Of a DNA stretch of 22,489 nucleotides, positions 9,101 through 18,800 are shown in pieces. The notes under the pieces were generated by a model. That model was not told where the DNA came from. It did no database searches and was given only the letters and a program-made list of their open reading frames with translations. How positions within the stretch are numbered: position 1 is the first letter of the stretch; each line of letters opens with the position of its first letter. The DNA comes from Candidatus Margulisiibacteriota bacterium (GTDB lineage Bacteria > Margulisbacteria > WOR-1 > O2-12-FULL-45-9). A program made the position numbers and the translations under genes. The DNA is taken from assembly GCA_043816785.1 (NCBI GenBank), contig JBDRHP010000025.1, positions 1 to 22,489 of the forward strand. Direction: 5' to 3'.

Positions 9101-9635
9101 AGGTGAATCGCTGACGATCGGTGGTTTTCTGTCGGAGTGCCGAAAACTGACCACTAAAAAGGGTGACATGATGCTGGTGGGCAAGATCGAAGACCTGTCC
9201 GCTAATATTGGCCTGGTTGTATTCCCTAAGACTTATAAGCAGTGCGCTGATCGATTAAATAATGACGCCGTGCTGGTGGTCAAGGGCAGGGTTAATCGTG
9301 ATCTACGTAGCGATGAATTCAATGTAGTGGCCGAGTCGGTTGAGCCGATGGAGGAGCTGGAAAAAGTCAGGTCTTTACATATTGAGCTGGTTGGGGTAAA
9401 AGATAAGGTGGTATTAACCAAGATGAAGGAGATCCTGACGGCTTTTAACGGGGTGGATCCGGTAATTATCCGCCTTGATGGTAAGAGTGTGGCGATCGGC
9501 AAAAGTTTGCATGTAGACATAAATCCAGAACTGGTGGCTCAACTGGAAGGGCTATTGGGTACGGGCGCAGTCAGGGTTGAATTCCGGGCTGTTAAAAAGG
9601 AGCGAGAGACAAAATCTCAGGAGGTTAAGATATGA
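6120..9635 (+). CDS. dnaE: DNA polymerase III alpha subunit
   Basis: PHP domain ([27 protein letters not shown]), [26 protein letters not shown], clamp motif QESLF, OB-fold; no intein. Start placed at ATG 6120. Confidence 0.98.
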   Translation: MPHTPGLPAGRGKFVHLHCHSEFSLLDGAGRIPEIVKAAKEYGMPAVALTDHGNMHAAVKFYQAGKAAGIKPIIGCETYVAPRTRFDKETKADRSPYHLTLLAKDLTGYRNLLQLVSLASIEGFYSRPRIDRQLLEKYHAGLIVLSGCPKGEVPSLIVAGNYEQAKKTAAWHKELLGQDYYLEIQDLGMPEFSAFNPQLIQLAKELGIKLVATNDVHYVRKEDAYAQDVLLCVQTGSFLDEEKRMKLATEEFYLKSPAEMAALFSDVPEALQSTLEIAEKCSLELEIGKLHLPNFPVPKGETPDTYMENLVWDGIKKKYGEAGLAVEKTLLPPEIIDRVKYELYTIEKMGYAPYFLIVQDFINFARSQGIQVGPGRGSAAGSIVSYALGITNVDPLKYGLIFERFLNIERISMPDIDIDFCFERRNEVIDYVSKKYGQDHVAQIVTFGTMAARGAIRDVGRVLRVPLAEVDKIAKLVPFGPDMNLDKALELVKDLRALYEKDETVKKLLDTAKKLEGLSRHASVHAAGVVISEKPLTEYVPLQKLTDNAVVTQYPMGDLEKIGLLKMDFLGLRNLTMIAQATAIIKRTRGIDIDINNIPFDDPKTFSLLSSGETIGVFQLESRGMRALIKDLRPDNFEEIIALLALYRPGPLESGMVEDFVKRKHRQVPVKYLLPELQPILRETHGTILYQEQVMEIASKIAGFSMGQADLLRRAMGKKKTKEMQLQKEFFVEGAVKRGVSRHKATELFNLCAKFAGYGFNKSHSTAYGVISYQTAYLKVNYPNEFMAAVLTSVMGNPDKVTGYINESRRLGIKILSPDINESYRNFTVTQEGIRFGMSAIKNVGTAAIDSVIEAKKIGGHFRSLTDFCERVDSRLVNKKVIESLIKSGAFDSFGQGRAYQLGVLAKIMGRVAAEQKERANGQESLFEFKTTDHRPQTTDLSETEIEEFPPEQLLRLEKEMLGQYISSHPLEHVKESLEGQTTTRIADVADMREGESLTIGGFLSECRKLTTKKGDMMLVGKIEDLSANIGLVVFPKTYKQCADRLNNDAVLVVKGRVNRDLRSDEFNVVAESVEPMEELEKVRSLHIELVGVKDKVVLTKMKEILTAFNGVDPVIIRLDGKSVAIGKSLHVDINPELVAQLEGLLGTGAVRVEFRAVKKERETKSQEVKI
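6138..6151. repeat. Short GC-rich palindrome CTGCCGGCAG(GCAG) in the dnaE 5' end
   Basis: Perfect 10-bp palindrome at 6138-6147, translated as LPAGR ahead of the conserved KFVHL. Confidence 0.55.
8908..8938 (+). repeat. Heptamer tandem repeat (AGACCAC)x4 plus AGA inside dnaE
   Basis: Read directly: agaccac agaccac agaccac agaccac aga; encodes [11 protein letters not shown]. Confidence 0.92.
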
Positions 9636-9955
9636 TGGATAGCAGTAAATTTAAGTTTGATGATAAAGGTTTGATCCCGGTCATTGCCCAAGATTATAAG
9701 GATGGGACAGTTTTGATGCTGGCCTACATGAACAAGGAATCATTGCAGAAGACTCTGGAGACCAAAGAAATGTGGTACTGGAGCCGTTCCCGTAAAGTTT
9801 TGTGGCACAAGGGAGATACATCGGGTCACATCCAGAAGGTCAAAGAACTTTATTATGACTGTGATGCGGATACTTTGTTGGCTAAAATAGAACAAGTTGG
9901 AGATGTGGCTTGCCATACGGGAAACAGGAGCTGTTTTTTTAATAGGCTGATGTGA
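9632..9955 (+). CDS. hisI: Phosphoribosyl-AMP cyclohydrolase
   Basis: [54 protein letters not shown] overlap with dnaE. Confidence 0.96.
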   Translation: MMDSSKFKFDDKGLIPVIAQDYKDGTVLMLAYMNKESLQKTLETKEMWYWSRSRKVLWHKGDTSGHIQKVKELYYDCDADTLLAKIEQVGDVACHTGNRSCFFNRLM

Positions 9956-9957
9956 GC

Positions 9958-9989
9958 AAGGAACCTGCGAGTAAACCTCGCGGTTCCTT
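9958..9989 (+). repeat. Bulged palindromic repeat, copy A (may also terminate hisI transcription)
   Basis: AAGGAACC-T-GCGAG-TAAAC-CTCGC-GGTTCCTT; same architecture as 19457-19496 and 19502-19553. Confidence 0.8.
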
Positions 9990-10004
9990 TTGCTGGAGGA
10001 CAAA

Positions 10005-13000
10005 TTGAAAGATCTGATCGCTAAATATCTTAAATCTATATCTGAAAAGTTCTCGCATAAAGAAACCAGCGAAATGGGCTATCGCGCAGACTTTGAGATA
10101 TTGCTGAAAGGCATTTTTGAGTCCATCAAGGTCAAGCGGATCGATAACGATCCGAGGGCCAGCGAAGGAAACCGGCCGGACTTCGTTCTGTATAAGGAAG
10201 TGCCGATCCTTTACGTCGAAACAAAAGATATTGGCATTTCCCTGGATAAGGTTGAAAAATCGGAACAAATGGCAAGGTACTTCGGTTACACAAACCTTGT
10301 TTTGAGCGACTATCTTGAATTTCGTTTTTACCGAAACGGGCGTGCCTACGGAGAGCCGATAAAGATCGGCGATTATGATATTAAAAAGCGGATTATCATC
10401 CCTCTCGCGGAAAACTATGAGTACTTGGCCAAGACGTTGCTCGATTTCGCGCGATCGCATAAAGAACCGATCAGATCAGGAGAGCACCTTGCCAAAATAA
10501 TGGGCGGTAAGGCGCAAAGGATAAGGGATAATATCCGTGATTGCCTTGCCAATCCTTCTGAGAAAAACGCGGAGATCCAGCGGGTCTATGAAGCGATAAA
10601 AAAGCTGCTGGTTCATGATCTGAAGCCAGATTCTTTTGCCGACATGTACGCGCAAACGTTGGTTTACGGACTTTTTGTGGCTCGCTATTATGACGATACA
10701 CCGGAGACATTCTCCCGGGAGGAAGCGCGCGAACACATGCCGGCTTCTAATCCTTTTTTAAGGCATTTTTTTGACCATATTGCCGGGCCTAATTTTGAGA
10801 AGCGCTTAAAATACATCGTGGATGAGCTTTGCGTGGTGTTTCAGCACTCGAACGTCAAACAGCTCATTGAACAGTACATGAAAGGCGCCGACCCCGTTAT
10901 CCATTTTTACGAAGATTTCCTTAAGGAATATGATCCAGTATTAAGAAAAAAAATGGGCGCGTATTATACGCCGCTGCCGGTGGTCCGGTTCATCGTCCGG
11001 TCGGTCGATCATTTATTGCAGGATGAATTCGGCCTTGCCGGCGGGCTGGCTGACACCGCCAAGCTCCCCAATGGCAAGCATCGCGTTCAGATACTTGATC
11101 CCGCGGCCGGGACCGGCACTTTTATCAGCGCCGCCATCCGGGTGATTTATGAAAGGCTTAAAAAGCAGGGACAGGAAGGCCGCTGGCCGGCGTATGTGCA
11201 TAATGACCTTTTACCGCGCCTGCACGGTTTTGAACTGATGATGGCGCCGTATACCATTGCGCATCTTAAATTGAGCCTGGCCTTTAAAAAGACCGGTTTC
11301 TGGAAGTTCCACAGACGGCTTGGCATCTACCTGACCAACTCTCTTGAAAAAAGCGATCATCAGCAGACAGAGCTTGCGTTCGGTTTTGCCGAAAGCATTG
11401 CTGAAGAGGCCAGGGAGGCCGACAAGGTCAAAAGCCAAACACCGATCATGGTCGTTATCGGCAACCCGCCGTATTCTGGCGAATCAAGCAATGCTTCATA
11501 TAACGGGAACGATGTTTATAAAGTAGAACCGAGCGGAGGAAAGCTTCAGGAACGCAACTCCAAATGGCTCAACGACGACTATGTGAAATTCATCCGGCTT
11601 GCCGAAAGCATGGTCGAGAAGACGGGAGAGGGCATTGTGGCTATGATTACCGCGCATGGATATATCGACAATCCGACATTCCGAGGCATGCGTTTTCATC
11701 TCATGCGGACGTTCGATCAAATACATGTGCTCGATTTGCATGGGAATGCTAATAAGAAAGAAAAAGCTCCGGACGGGGGGAAAGACGGGAATGTATTTGA
11801 TATAAAAACTGGCGTATCAATAATTATTGCGATAAAACAAAAAGAAAAAACATCAAAATTAGCCAAGGTGTTTCGCGCCGATCGTTTCGGTTTGCGCGAA
11901 GAAAAATATGACTATCTTAACAAAACCACTTTTGAAAAAGTTAAATGGAAGGGGATCGACCCATCAGCGCCAAATTATGAATGGGTTGCTCGTGATACTA
12001 AAACACAAGAGAAATACATTGAAGGGTTTTCTGTAGCAGAGCTTTTTTCTATTAATGGTATTGGCATTACTACCGCACATGATAATTTCGTTATCAAAGA
12101 AAATAAAAATGAACTATTGAAAATGTATAAGGATCTTCAGTTAGCTGATCGGGATGCTAATTTTCTTCATCAAAAATTTATCGTTAAAAAGAAAACTGGT
12201 TGGAATATATTGGATGGTTACGACAATATTAAAAATGAGGAAAATTTAGAAAAATATATTCACCCAATATCTTATCGACCTTTTGACACTCGTCATATCT
12301 TTTATGAAGATAAATTTGTTTGGAGAACAGTAAGACGGTTAATGCAGCATTATATTGATGGGGGAAATGTTGGGTTATTGCTCACAAAAGGTGTTAGAGA
12401 TCCTATTTATAATCATGTATTTATTACCAAAAATATTTCAGAAGCAATCTTTTTGTCTGGCACAACAGCTACGAATGCAATGAACTTACCTCTCTATCTC
12501 TATCACGAAGACGGCACAAAAACCTCAAACCTCAAAAAAGAAATTGTTGATAAGATTAAGGTGATTGTAGGTAAAACATCACCTGAAGATGTTTTTGACT
12601 ATATTTACTGCGTTCTTCACTCACCAAGTTACCGCGATAAATATAAGGAATTTCTAAAAATTGACTTCCCGCGCGTGCCGTATCCGAAAGATGCTAAAAC
12701 ATTCAAAACACTGGTCAAACTTGGGGCTGAATTGCGGGGTTTGCATCTCCTTGAATCTCCCAAAGTCAATAAATTTATAACCACATACCCTGTTGCGGGG
12801 TCGAATGTTGTTGGTAAAATATCCTTTAAAGGCGGGAAAGTCTTTGTAAATAAGGAGCAATATTTTGGCAAAGTGCCGGAAATTGCCTGGAACTTCTATA
12901 TTGGCGGCTATCAGCCGGCGCAGAAGTGGTTGAAGGACCGCAAGGGACGCTCCCTGACAAACAGTGATATTGAGTATTATCAAAAGATCATTGTTGCGCT

Positions 13001-13064
13001 GACTGAAACGGAGAGGATTATGGGAGAGATAGACAAGATCGGGGTGGTGGAGGGGGCGGCTTGA
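10005..13064 (+). CDS. Single-polypeptide restriction-modification enzyme: N6-adenine methyltransferase with N-terminal PD-(D/E)xK-like domain and Type ISP-like C-terminal specificity domain
   Basis: RPDF...YVETK, GAYYTP, ILDPAAGTGTF (motif I), VIGNPPY (motif IV), DDYVKF, YRPFD, FLKIDFPRVP, IGGYQPAQKWLKDRK; GGAGGA before TTG 10005. Confidence 0.88.
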   Translation: MKDLIAKYLKSISEKFSHKETSEMGYRADFEILLKGIFESIKVKRIDNDPRASEGNRPDFVLYKEVPILYVETKDIGISLDKVEKSEQMARYFGYTNLVLSDYLEFRFYRNGRAYGEPIKIGDYDIKKRIIIPLAENYEYLAKTLLDFARSHKEPIRSGEHLAKIMGGKAQRIRDNIRDCLANPSEKNAEIQRVYEAIKKLLVHDLKPDSFADMYAQTLVYGLFVARYYDDTPETFSREEAREHMPASNPFLRHFFDHIAGPNFEKRLKYIVDELCVVFQHSNVKQLIEQYMKGADPVIHFYEDFLKEYDPVLRKKMGAYYTPLPVVRFIVRSVDHLLQDEFGLAGGLADTAKLPNGKHRVQILDPAAGTGTFISAAIRVIYERLKKQGQEGRWPAYVHNDLLPRLHGFELMMAPYTIAHLKLSLAFKKTGFWKFHRRLGIYLTNSLEKSDHQQTELAFGFAESIAEEAREADKVKSQTPIMVVIGNPPYSGESSNASYNGNDVYKVEPSGGKLQERNSKWLNDDYVKFIRLAESMVEKTGEGIVAMITAHGYIDNPTFRGMRFHLMRTFDQIHVLDLHGNANKKEKAPDGGKDGNVFDIKTGVSIIIAIKQKEKTSKLAKVFRADRFGLREEKYDYLNKTTFEKVKWKGIDPSAPNYEWVARDTKTQEKYIEGFSVAELFSINGIGITTAHDNFVIKENKNELLKMYKDLQLADRDANFLHQKFIVKKKTGWNILDGYDNIKNEENLEKYIHPISYRPFDTRHIFYEDKFVWRTVRRLMQHYIDGGNVGLLLTKGVRDPIYNHVFITKNISEAIFLSGTTATNAMNLPLYLYHEDGTKTSNLKKEIVDKIKVIVGKTSPEDVFDYIYCVLHSPSYRDKYKEFLKIDFPRVPYPKDAKTFKTLVKLGAELRGLHLLESPKVNKFITTYPVAGSNVVGKISFKGGKVFVNKEQYFGKVPEIAWNFYIGGYQPAQKWLKDRKGRSLTNSDIEYYQKIIVALTETERIMGEIDKIGVVEGAA

Positions 13065-13079
13065 CCTTTGTGCCTTGTC

Positions 13080-13097
13080 GGTATGCAGTTGTATACC
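13080..13097. promoter_or_regulatory. Operator-like dyad upstream of the dinD remnant
   Basis: GGTATGCA-GT-TGTATACC, one mismatch in 8-bp arms; no T-tract. Confidence 0.4.
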
Positions 13098-13159
13098 ATA
13101 GTAAGAGATCGCTTGAAGTAGTAAGATTTGTGGTTTGATGGTGTTAAGGGGGATTATTA

Positions 13160-13384
13160 ATGACTGATAACATATTTGAGCAGATAAAAAAGATCAATGA
13201 ATATAGAAAAGAATACTGGAGCGCTCGCGATCTATACAAAATGCTTAGTTATACGGAATATGGCAAATTTATGCCGGCAATTGAGAGGGCAAAAGAAGCG
13301 TGTAAAAACAGCGGACAGCCTGTAGCCGATCATTTCGCTGGGGTGAGCGAAATGATAAATAGCGCAAATTTAATGAAATGTTGA
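13160..13384 (+). pseudogene. dinD: Truncated DNA-damage-inducible protein D (N-terminal BRO-like part only)
   Basis: FEQIK...EYWSARDL...L.Y..Y.KF...IERAKEACKNSGQ...DHF matches the DinD N-terminus; ends after 74 aa with no continuation visible before the next gene. Confidence 0.72.
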
Positions 13385-13397
13385 TAAGGAGAGATTT

Positions 13398-14246
13398 ATG
13401 CCCGATCAAAAAGACCATCATATTGCCATTTTTCGCGGGAAAGAGATAAGAAAGGCCATTCATAAAAATGAGTGGTGGTTTTCGGTTGTGGATGTTATCG
13501 AGGTTTTGACTAACAGCGTAAATCCGCGTGATTACTGGTATAAGATGAAAATCCGGGTTAAGGACGAAGATGGAATCGAGTTGTCGACACTTTGTCGACA
13601 ACTGAAATTGATGTCATCTGACGGCAAAAAGTATGAGACCGACTGTGCTAATACTGAAGGCATATTCAGAATAATCCAGTCTATCCCTTCGCCAAAAGCC
13701 GAGCCGTTTAAACGATGGCTGGCTAAGGTCGGCTATGAAAGGATCCAGGAGATCGAAGACCCGGAACTGGCCACTAAAAGGACCAGAGCTTTGTATAAGG
13801 CCAAGGGTTATCCTGATGATTGGATCGAAAAGAGGATGCGCGGTATCGCCATCCGCGAGGAATTGACCGGCGAATGGGAAAAGCGAGGCGCGGAGAATAA
13901 GCGAGATTACGCGATCTTAACCGCTGAAATATCGGAGGCCACATTTGGGCTTAAGCCGAATGAACATAAAAAATTAAAAGGACTGGAACGTGAAAATCTG
14001 CGCGATCATATGAATGATTTTGAGCTGATCTTTTCAATGTTGGGGGAGAGATCAACAACGGAAATCCATCGCAACGAAAACTCCAAAGGGGTTAAGAAGC
14101 TGAAAAAAGACGCGGCAGCTGGCGGCCGGATCGCCGGCAACGCGCGGCATGAACTGGAGAAAAAACTTGGTAGATCGGTCGTTTCCAAAGAAAATTATTT
14201 GCAAAAACCAAAAAGCAATAAGTTGATTGAAAAAAAACATGAGTGA
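13398..14246 (+). CDS. BRO-N domain protein (phage antirepressor-like)
   Basis: [11 protein letters not shown]...[70 protein letters not shown]. Confidence 0.88.
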   Translation: MPDQKDHHIAIFRGKEIRKAIHKNEWWFSVVDVIEVLTNSVNPRDYWYKMKIRVKDEDGIELSTLCRQLKLMSSDGKKYETDCANTEGIFRIIQSIPSPKAEPFKRWLAKVGYERIQEIEDPELATKRTRALYKAKGYPDDWIEKRMRGIAIREELTGEWEKRGAENKRDYAILTAEISEATFGLKPNEHKKLKGLERENLRDHMNDFELIFSMLGERSTTEIHRNENSKGVKKLKKDAAAGGRIAGNARHELEKKLGRSVVSKENYLQKPKSNKLIEKKHE

Positions 14247-17055
14247 AGCGGGGAAACTGATCATCAAAGGCGCTCGCGAGCATAACCTCAAGAACATCGA
14301 CCTTGAGCTGCCCCGCAATAAATTCATTGTTTTTACCGGGCTCTCCGGGTCCGGCAAATCCTCATTAGCTTTTGACACTATTTACGCTGAAGGCCAACGC
14401 CGCTACGTGGAGTCTTTGTCCGCTTATGCCAGACAGTTCCTGGAACAAATGCAGAAGCCGGATGTTGACTCGATCGACGGCTTGTCGCCGGCGATTGCCA
14501 TTGACCAAAAAGCGCCGTCCCGTAATCCCAGGTCAACCGTGGGCACGGTGACCGAGATCTATGATTATTTGAGACTGCTGTTTGCCAATATCGGGATTCC
14601 CCACTGTCCTAAGTGCGGCCGCAAGATCGAGCGCCAGACCGCCCAGCAGATAGTTGACCAGATCCTTGAGCTGCCGGAAGGGGAAAGGATCCAGGTCCTT
14701 GCCCCGGTGGTGCGGGGGCGTAAAGGAGAATATAAAGGTTTGCTGGCTGATATCCAAAAGGACGGCTTTATCCGGGTCAGGGTAGAGGGCAAGGTTTTTG
14801 AAATTTCTGAGGTTCCTCAATTAAATAAGAAATTAAAGCACAATATTGAGATCGTTGTTGACCGGCTAACGGCTAAAGCCGCTAACCGTAAGCGTTTGAA
14901 TGAATCTGTTGAAACCGCGCTGCGTTACGGCAATGGAACGGTTGAGGTCCTGGTTGACAAAGCCAAGCCCAAACTTATTGTCTTCAGTGAAAAATTCGCC
15001 TGTCCGACCTGCGGGATTAGCCTGGATGAGATAACCCCGCGCATTTTTTCTTTTAACAGCCCCTATGGCGCCTGTCCGAAATGCAGCGGCTTAGGGGACA
15101 AACTGGAATTTGACCCTGATCTGGTTATCCCGGACAATAGCCTGTCTATTGCCGAGGGGGCCATAGCTCCTTGGGGAGAAGCCGGGTCATATTTTATTTC
15201 GCGCTTGGCCTCGGTTGCGGATGCTTATGGTTTTGATATCAACACACCGATCAAGAAATTGGCCCAAAAGCATTTAAAAGTCATCTTGTACGGCGCGGAC
15301 CAGCCGATCAAATTTAGGTATACCGGGGCTAACAGTTACTGGGAGCATGAAGGGGATTATAAGGGCGTAATTAACTGGCTGAAGCGCAGATATTATGAAA
15401 CAAAATCAGAGAATGTCCGTTCTTATCTTTATAGATATATGAGCTCTGCCAAATGTCCTGATTGCCAGGGCCAGAGGCTGCGTCCCGAAAGTCTGGCCGT
15501 AACGATCGCCGGCAGATCGGTCGCCTATGTTGCCGCGCTGTCGATCAAAGCTGCTTTGGAGTTCTTAGCCTCGCTTAAGCTTTCTCAGCGTGAGCAGCTG
15601 ATTGCCAGGCAGATCATCAAGGAATTAAATGCCCGCCTGACGTTTCTTGTTGATGTTGGCTTGGATTACATCTCCCTTAATCGGGAGTCATCTACTTTAT
15701 CCGGCGGGGAGGCGCAGCGGACTCGCTTGGCGACTCAAGTCGGTTCAGGTCTGGTTGGAGTGCTTTATATTCTAGATGAGCCGTCAATCGGCCTGCACCA
15801 GCGCGACAACAAACGGCTGATCGCTACTTTGCATCGTTTGCGTGATCTGGGCAACACAATTATTGTGGTCGAGCATGATGAAGAGACCATGCGTGCCTCG
15901 GATTTCTTGGTTGATATCGGGCCCGGAGCGGGACTGCATGGCGGTGAGATTATCGCCACTGGCGACGTTGCCGCCTTAACTTCGGCCAAAAGGTCGATAA
16001 CCGGTAAATACCTGTCAGGCAAATGGCAGATCGATGTGCCCAACGAACGCAGAAAAAGCAACGGCAAAAAGCTGACGGTAGTTAAGGCCAAACATAATAA
16101 TCTCAAGAACATTACTGTTGATTTTCCCTTAGGCGTGTTTACCTGTGTAACCGGGGTTTCCGGCTCAGGCAAAAGTTCGCTGGTTAACGATATCCTTTAT
16201 ACTGCTCTAGCCAAGAAGTTTTACCGTTCTATTGAAAAAGCCGGTGAATATGGAGATCTTAAGGGGATTGAGAACATTGATAAGGTAATTATAATCGATC
16301 AAACGCCGATTGGCCGCACCCCGCGTTCCAACCCGGCAACTTATACGGGTGTGTTTGCCCATATACGAGACCTCTTTGCCATGACTCAGGAGGCGCGTGT
16401 CCGCGGTTATAAACCTGGCAGATTTTCCTTTAATGTCAGGGGCGGCAGGTGCGAATCCTGCCGCGGTGACGGCCTGGTTAAGATCGAAATGCACTTTCTG
16501 CCGGATGTTTATGTCCCTTGCGATGTTTGTAAAGGCAAACGCTATGACCGGGAAACCCTGGAGGTCCACTATAAAGGCAAAAATATCTATGATGTTTTAG
16601 ACATGACGATCGAAGAGGCCCTGGAGTTGTTCGCAAATATCCCGCAGATCAAGCGTAAACTGCAAACCTTAAGCGATGTTGGCCTGAGCTATATTAAATT
16701 AGGCCAGTCGGCAACCACGCTCTCCGGCGGTGAGGCGCAAAGAGTTAAGCTGGCGACTGAGCTGGCGGCCAGATCAACCGGCAGAACTCTTTATCTCCTG
16801 GACGAGCCAACCACTGGTTTGCATTTTGACGATATCAAGAAGCTGCTGCTGGTCCTGCACCGCCTGGTCTCGACCGGTAACACGGTCATTGTTATCGAAC
16901 ATAATTTGGATGTGATCAAAACCTCGGATCACATTATTGATCTGGGCCCGGGGGGCGGCGATGAAGGAGGCCGGATCGTGGCGACGGGTACGCCGGAAGA
17001 AGTGGCCAAAAACTCAAAAAGCTATACCGGGCAGTACTTGCGTAAAGTTCTATGA
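14239..17055 (+). CDS. uvrA: Excinuclease ABC subunit A
   Basis: [33 protein letters not shown], zinc fingers, two ABC cassettes ([25 protein letters not shown]). Start placed at ATG 14239. Confidence 0.98.
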   Translation: MSEAGKLIIKGAREHNLKNIDLELPRNKFIVFTGLSGSGKSSLAFDTIYAEGQRRYVESLSAYARQFLEQMQKPDVDSIDGLSPAIAIDQKAPSRNPRSTVGTVTEIYDYLRLLFANIGIPHCPKCGRKIERQTAQQIVDQILELPEGERIQVLAPVVRGRKGEYKGLLADIQKDGFIRVRVEGKVFEISEVPQLNKKLKHNIEIVVDRLTAKAANRKRLNESVETALRYGNGTVEVLVDKAKPKLIVFSEKFACPTCGISLDEITPRIFSFNSPYGACPKCSGLGDKLEFDPDLVIPDNSLSIAEGAIAPWGEAGSYFISRLASVADAYGFDINTPIKKLAQKHLKVILYGADQPIKFRYTGANSYWEHEGDYKGVINWLKRRYYETKSENVRSYLYRYMSSAKCPDCQGQRLRPESLAVTIAGRSVAYVAALSIKAALEFLASLKLSQREQLIARQIIKELNARLTFLVDVGLDYISLNRESSTLSGGEAQRTRLATQVGSGLVGVLYILDEPSIGLHQRDNKRLIATLHRLRDLGNTIIVVEHDEETMRASDFLVDIGPGAGLHGGEIIATGDVAALTSAKRSITGKYLSGKWQIDVPNERRKSNGKKLTVVKAKHNNLKNITVDFPLGVFTCVTGVSGSGKSSLVNDILYTALAKKFYRSIEKAGEYGDLKGIENIDKVIIIDQTPIGRTPRSNPATYTGVFAHIRDLFAMTQEARVRGYKPGRFSFNVRGGRCESCRGDGLVKIEMHFLPDVYVPCDVCKGKRYDRETLEVHYKGKNIYDVLDMTIEEALELFANIPQIKRKLQTLSDVGLSYIKLGQSATTLSGGEAQRVKLATELAARSTGRTLYLLDEPTTGLHFDDIKKLLLVLHRLVSTGNTVIVIEHNLDVIKTSDHIIDLGPGGGDEGGRIVATGTPEEVAKNSKSYTGQYLRKVL

Positions 17056-17165
17056 CCTTTTCTCAAGGTATTCTTGTCTTATTTATCTTTGTAGTTATTG
17101 TTGTTTTTATCCTGATCTACTCGGGCCAATATAAGCCGCCAAACTATCCGAAGTTCGGCAGTTGA
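17052..17165 (+). CDS. Putative 37-aa single-pass membrane microprotein (absent from the ORF track)
   Basis: ATGA overlap with the uvrA stop; [37 protein letters not shown]; uninterrupted hydrophobic run; fills the intergenic gap. Confidence 0.6.
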   Translation: MTFSQGILVLFIFVVIVVFILIYSGQYKPPNYPKFGS

Positions 17166-17168
17166 CTG

Positions 17169-17189
17169 TGTTATAATCCTAAAAGGAGG
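17169..17189 (+). promoter_or_regulatory. Extended -10 promoter and SD for the tRNA-binding protein
   Basis: TG-T-TATAAT (17169-17177), then AAGGAGG (17183-17189), ATG 17198. Confidence 0.6.
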
Positions 17190-17197
17190 GCAATAAA

Positions 17198-17530
17198 ATG
17201 AGCAATATAAGTTTTGCTGATTTTCAGAAGATGGATATTAGGGTGGGAGAGATAAAAAGTGCGGAAGATGTTGAAGGGGCGGATAAATTGTATAAGGTGA
17301 TGGTTGATATTGGGGGAGAGGAGAGGCAGCTGGTGGCAGGGATTAAGCAGCATTATTCTAAGGAAGAGCTTCCGGGTAAAAAAGTTTTAGTGCTGACCAA
17401 TCTCGATCCCAAGAAAATTCGCGGGGTGGAAAGTCGAGGCATGGTTTTATGTGCGCATAATGAAGATCGAAGTCAGCTGGTTTGCACTACGGTGGAGAAA
17501 GATATTGCAATTGGATCAAGGGTCTCTTAG
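17198..17530 (+). CDS. Stand-alone tRNA-binding OB-fold protein (Trbp111/CsaA/MetRS C-terminal-like)
   Basis: ISFADFQKMDIRVGEI, GADKLY, RQLVAGI..HY, NLDPKKIRGVESRGMVL. Confidence 0.9.
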   Translation: MSNISFADFQKMDIRVGEIKSAEDVEGADKLYKVMVDIGGEERQLVAGIKQHYSKEELPGKKVLVLTNLDPKKIRGVESRGMVLCAHNEDRSQLVCTTVEKDIAIGSRVS

Positions 17531-17653
17531 GTTTGGTTTTTGGTATTGGTATCGGTAAAGTCCCGGCTTCGTTTTAGTTGTTGTTGGAAAAACAAAAACA
17601 ACACCGAAACCCATAACGCGACTAAACACGATGCCGAAACCCATAACGAAAAC
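17531..17653. repeat. Degenerate 6-bp-period repeats in opposed orientation, with a 15-bp direct repeat
   Basis: Left GGTTTT TGGTAT TGGTAT CGGT; right AAAAAC AAAAAC AACACC GAAACC CATAAC...; CCGAAACCCATAACG at 17604-17618 and 17634-17648. Confidence 0.7.
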
Positions 17654-17675
17654 ATTGGATAAGAGGGGGATAACA

Positions 17676-18800
17676 ATGAGTAGCTTGAAGGATCTTCATA
17701 AATTTGGCCAAAGTCCCTGGTATGACAATATTGAAAGAGGGCTGCTGCTTTCCGGCGGACTAAAAAAGATGGTTGATGAGGATGGCATTGCCGGAGTTAC
17801 TTCTAACCCGTCTATATTTGAAAAGGCGATTAATGGCAGTCAGACTTATGATACAGATATCCAAAAGTTCAGTCAGCAAGGAGAAAGTGTTTTTGGGATA
17901 TATGATGAGTTAACTACCACGGATGTTTCAACCGCTGCTGATATATTAGCCAATGTTCATCAAACCTCAAAGATAGACGGCTATGTGAGCATTGAGGTTT
18001 CTCCGCATTTGGCCCACGAAACTGAAAAAACCGTTGAAGAAGCCAGGCGATTGTTCGCAAAGATCAATAAGCAAAACATAATGATTAAAATCCCCGCAAC
18101 AAAAGAGGGCCCTGCCGCCATCCGGCAATGTATTGCCGATGGCATTAGTGTTAATGTCACCTTGATTTTTAATTTAAGGCATTATCGGGCAATAACTCAA
18201 GCCTATATTGAAGGGATTAAGGAAAGGATAGGAAAAGGGCTGCCAGTTGATAATATCAATTCCGTGGCCAGCTTTTTTGTCAGTCGGATCGATACTTATG
18301 TCGACAAGCTGCTTGATGCGGCGATATCAAAGGAAAAGGACTCCGCCAAGAGAGCCGAACTTCAGTCCCTGTTGGGCCAGGCGGCGGTCGCTCAATCAAA
18401 AGTCATGTATGCTGAATTTCGCAAGTTATTCTTTGGCCAGGAATTTGCCAAACTTAGGAAAAAAGGCGCAAATGTCCAAAGGTTTCTGCTGGCCAGCACC
18501 AGCACAAAAAATCCCAAATTCAGCGACATTAAGTATATTGAGGAATTGATCGGCGAAGGGACCATTAATACCATACCTCAAGTAACTGTCGATGCCTTTA
18601 GGGACCATGGGGCAGCTAAATCAACCCTTGATGAAGGATTGGAAGAGGCTAAACAAGTCTTGACTAAGCTCAAAGGGTTTGGAATCGATGTTGAATCCGT
18701 CTGCCAGCAGATCCAGGACGATGGAGTACAGGCTTTTATTGATTCATATGATAAATTGATCGATTCTTTAGAAAACAAGAGAAAGAAATTTATTTCTTAA
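17676..18800 (+). CDS. tal: Transaldolase (long, actinobacterial/cyanobacterial/plant-type subfamily)
   Basis: GQSPWYDNI, GVTSNPSIFEKAI, GYVSIEVSP, MIKIPAT, SVNVTLIF, ASFFVSRID, ASTSTKNP; GAGGGG SD before ATG 17676. Confidence 0.95.
   Translation: MSSLKDLHKFGQSPWYDNIERGLLLSGGLKKMVDEDGIAGVTSNPSIFEKAINGSQTYDTDIQKFSQQGESVFGIYDELTTTDVSTAADILANVHQTSKIDGYVSIEVSPHLAHETEKTVEEARRLFAKINKQNIMIKIPATKEGPAAIRQCIADGISVNVTLIFNLRHYRAITQAYIEGIKERIGKGLPVDNINSVASFFVSRIDTYVDKLLDAAISKEKDSAKRAELQSLLGQAAVAQSKVMYAEFRKLFFGQEFAKLRKKGANVQRFLLASTSTKNPKFSDIKYIEELIGEGTINTIPQVTVDAFRDHGAAKSTLDEGLEEAKQVLTKLKGFGIDVESVCQQIQDDGVQAFIDSYDKLIDSLENKRKKFIS

Noticed and set aside
6120..9635. Intein or split dnaE (and intein in dnaB)
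   Set aside because: Both have normal length and continuous motifs; no splice-junction or homing-endonuclease signatures.
14230..14237. A8 tract before uvrA as a phase-variation site
   Set aside because: Short, and explained by Lys codons at the end of the BRO-N gene.
9958..14246. Prophage or integrative element
   Set aside because: No integrase, transposase, structural genes or flanking direct repeats found; only an accessory gene block.
17604..17648. CRISPR-like array
   Set aside because: Only two 15-bp copies at 30-bp period, embedded in hexamer repeats; no cas genes.
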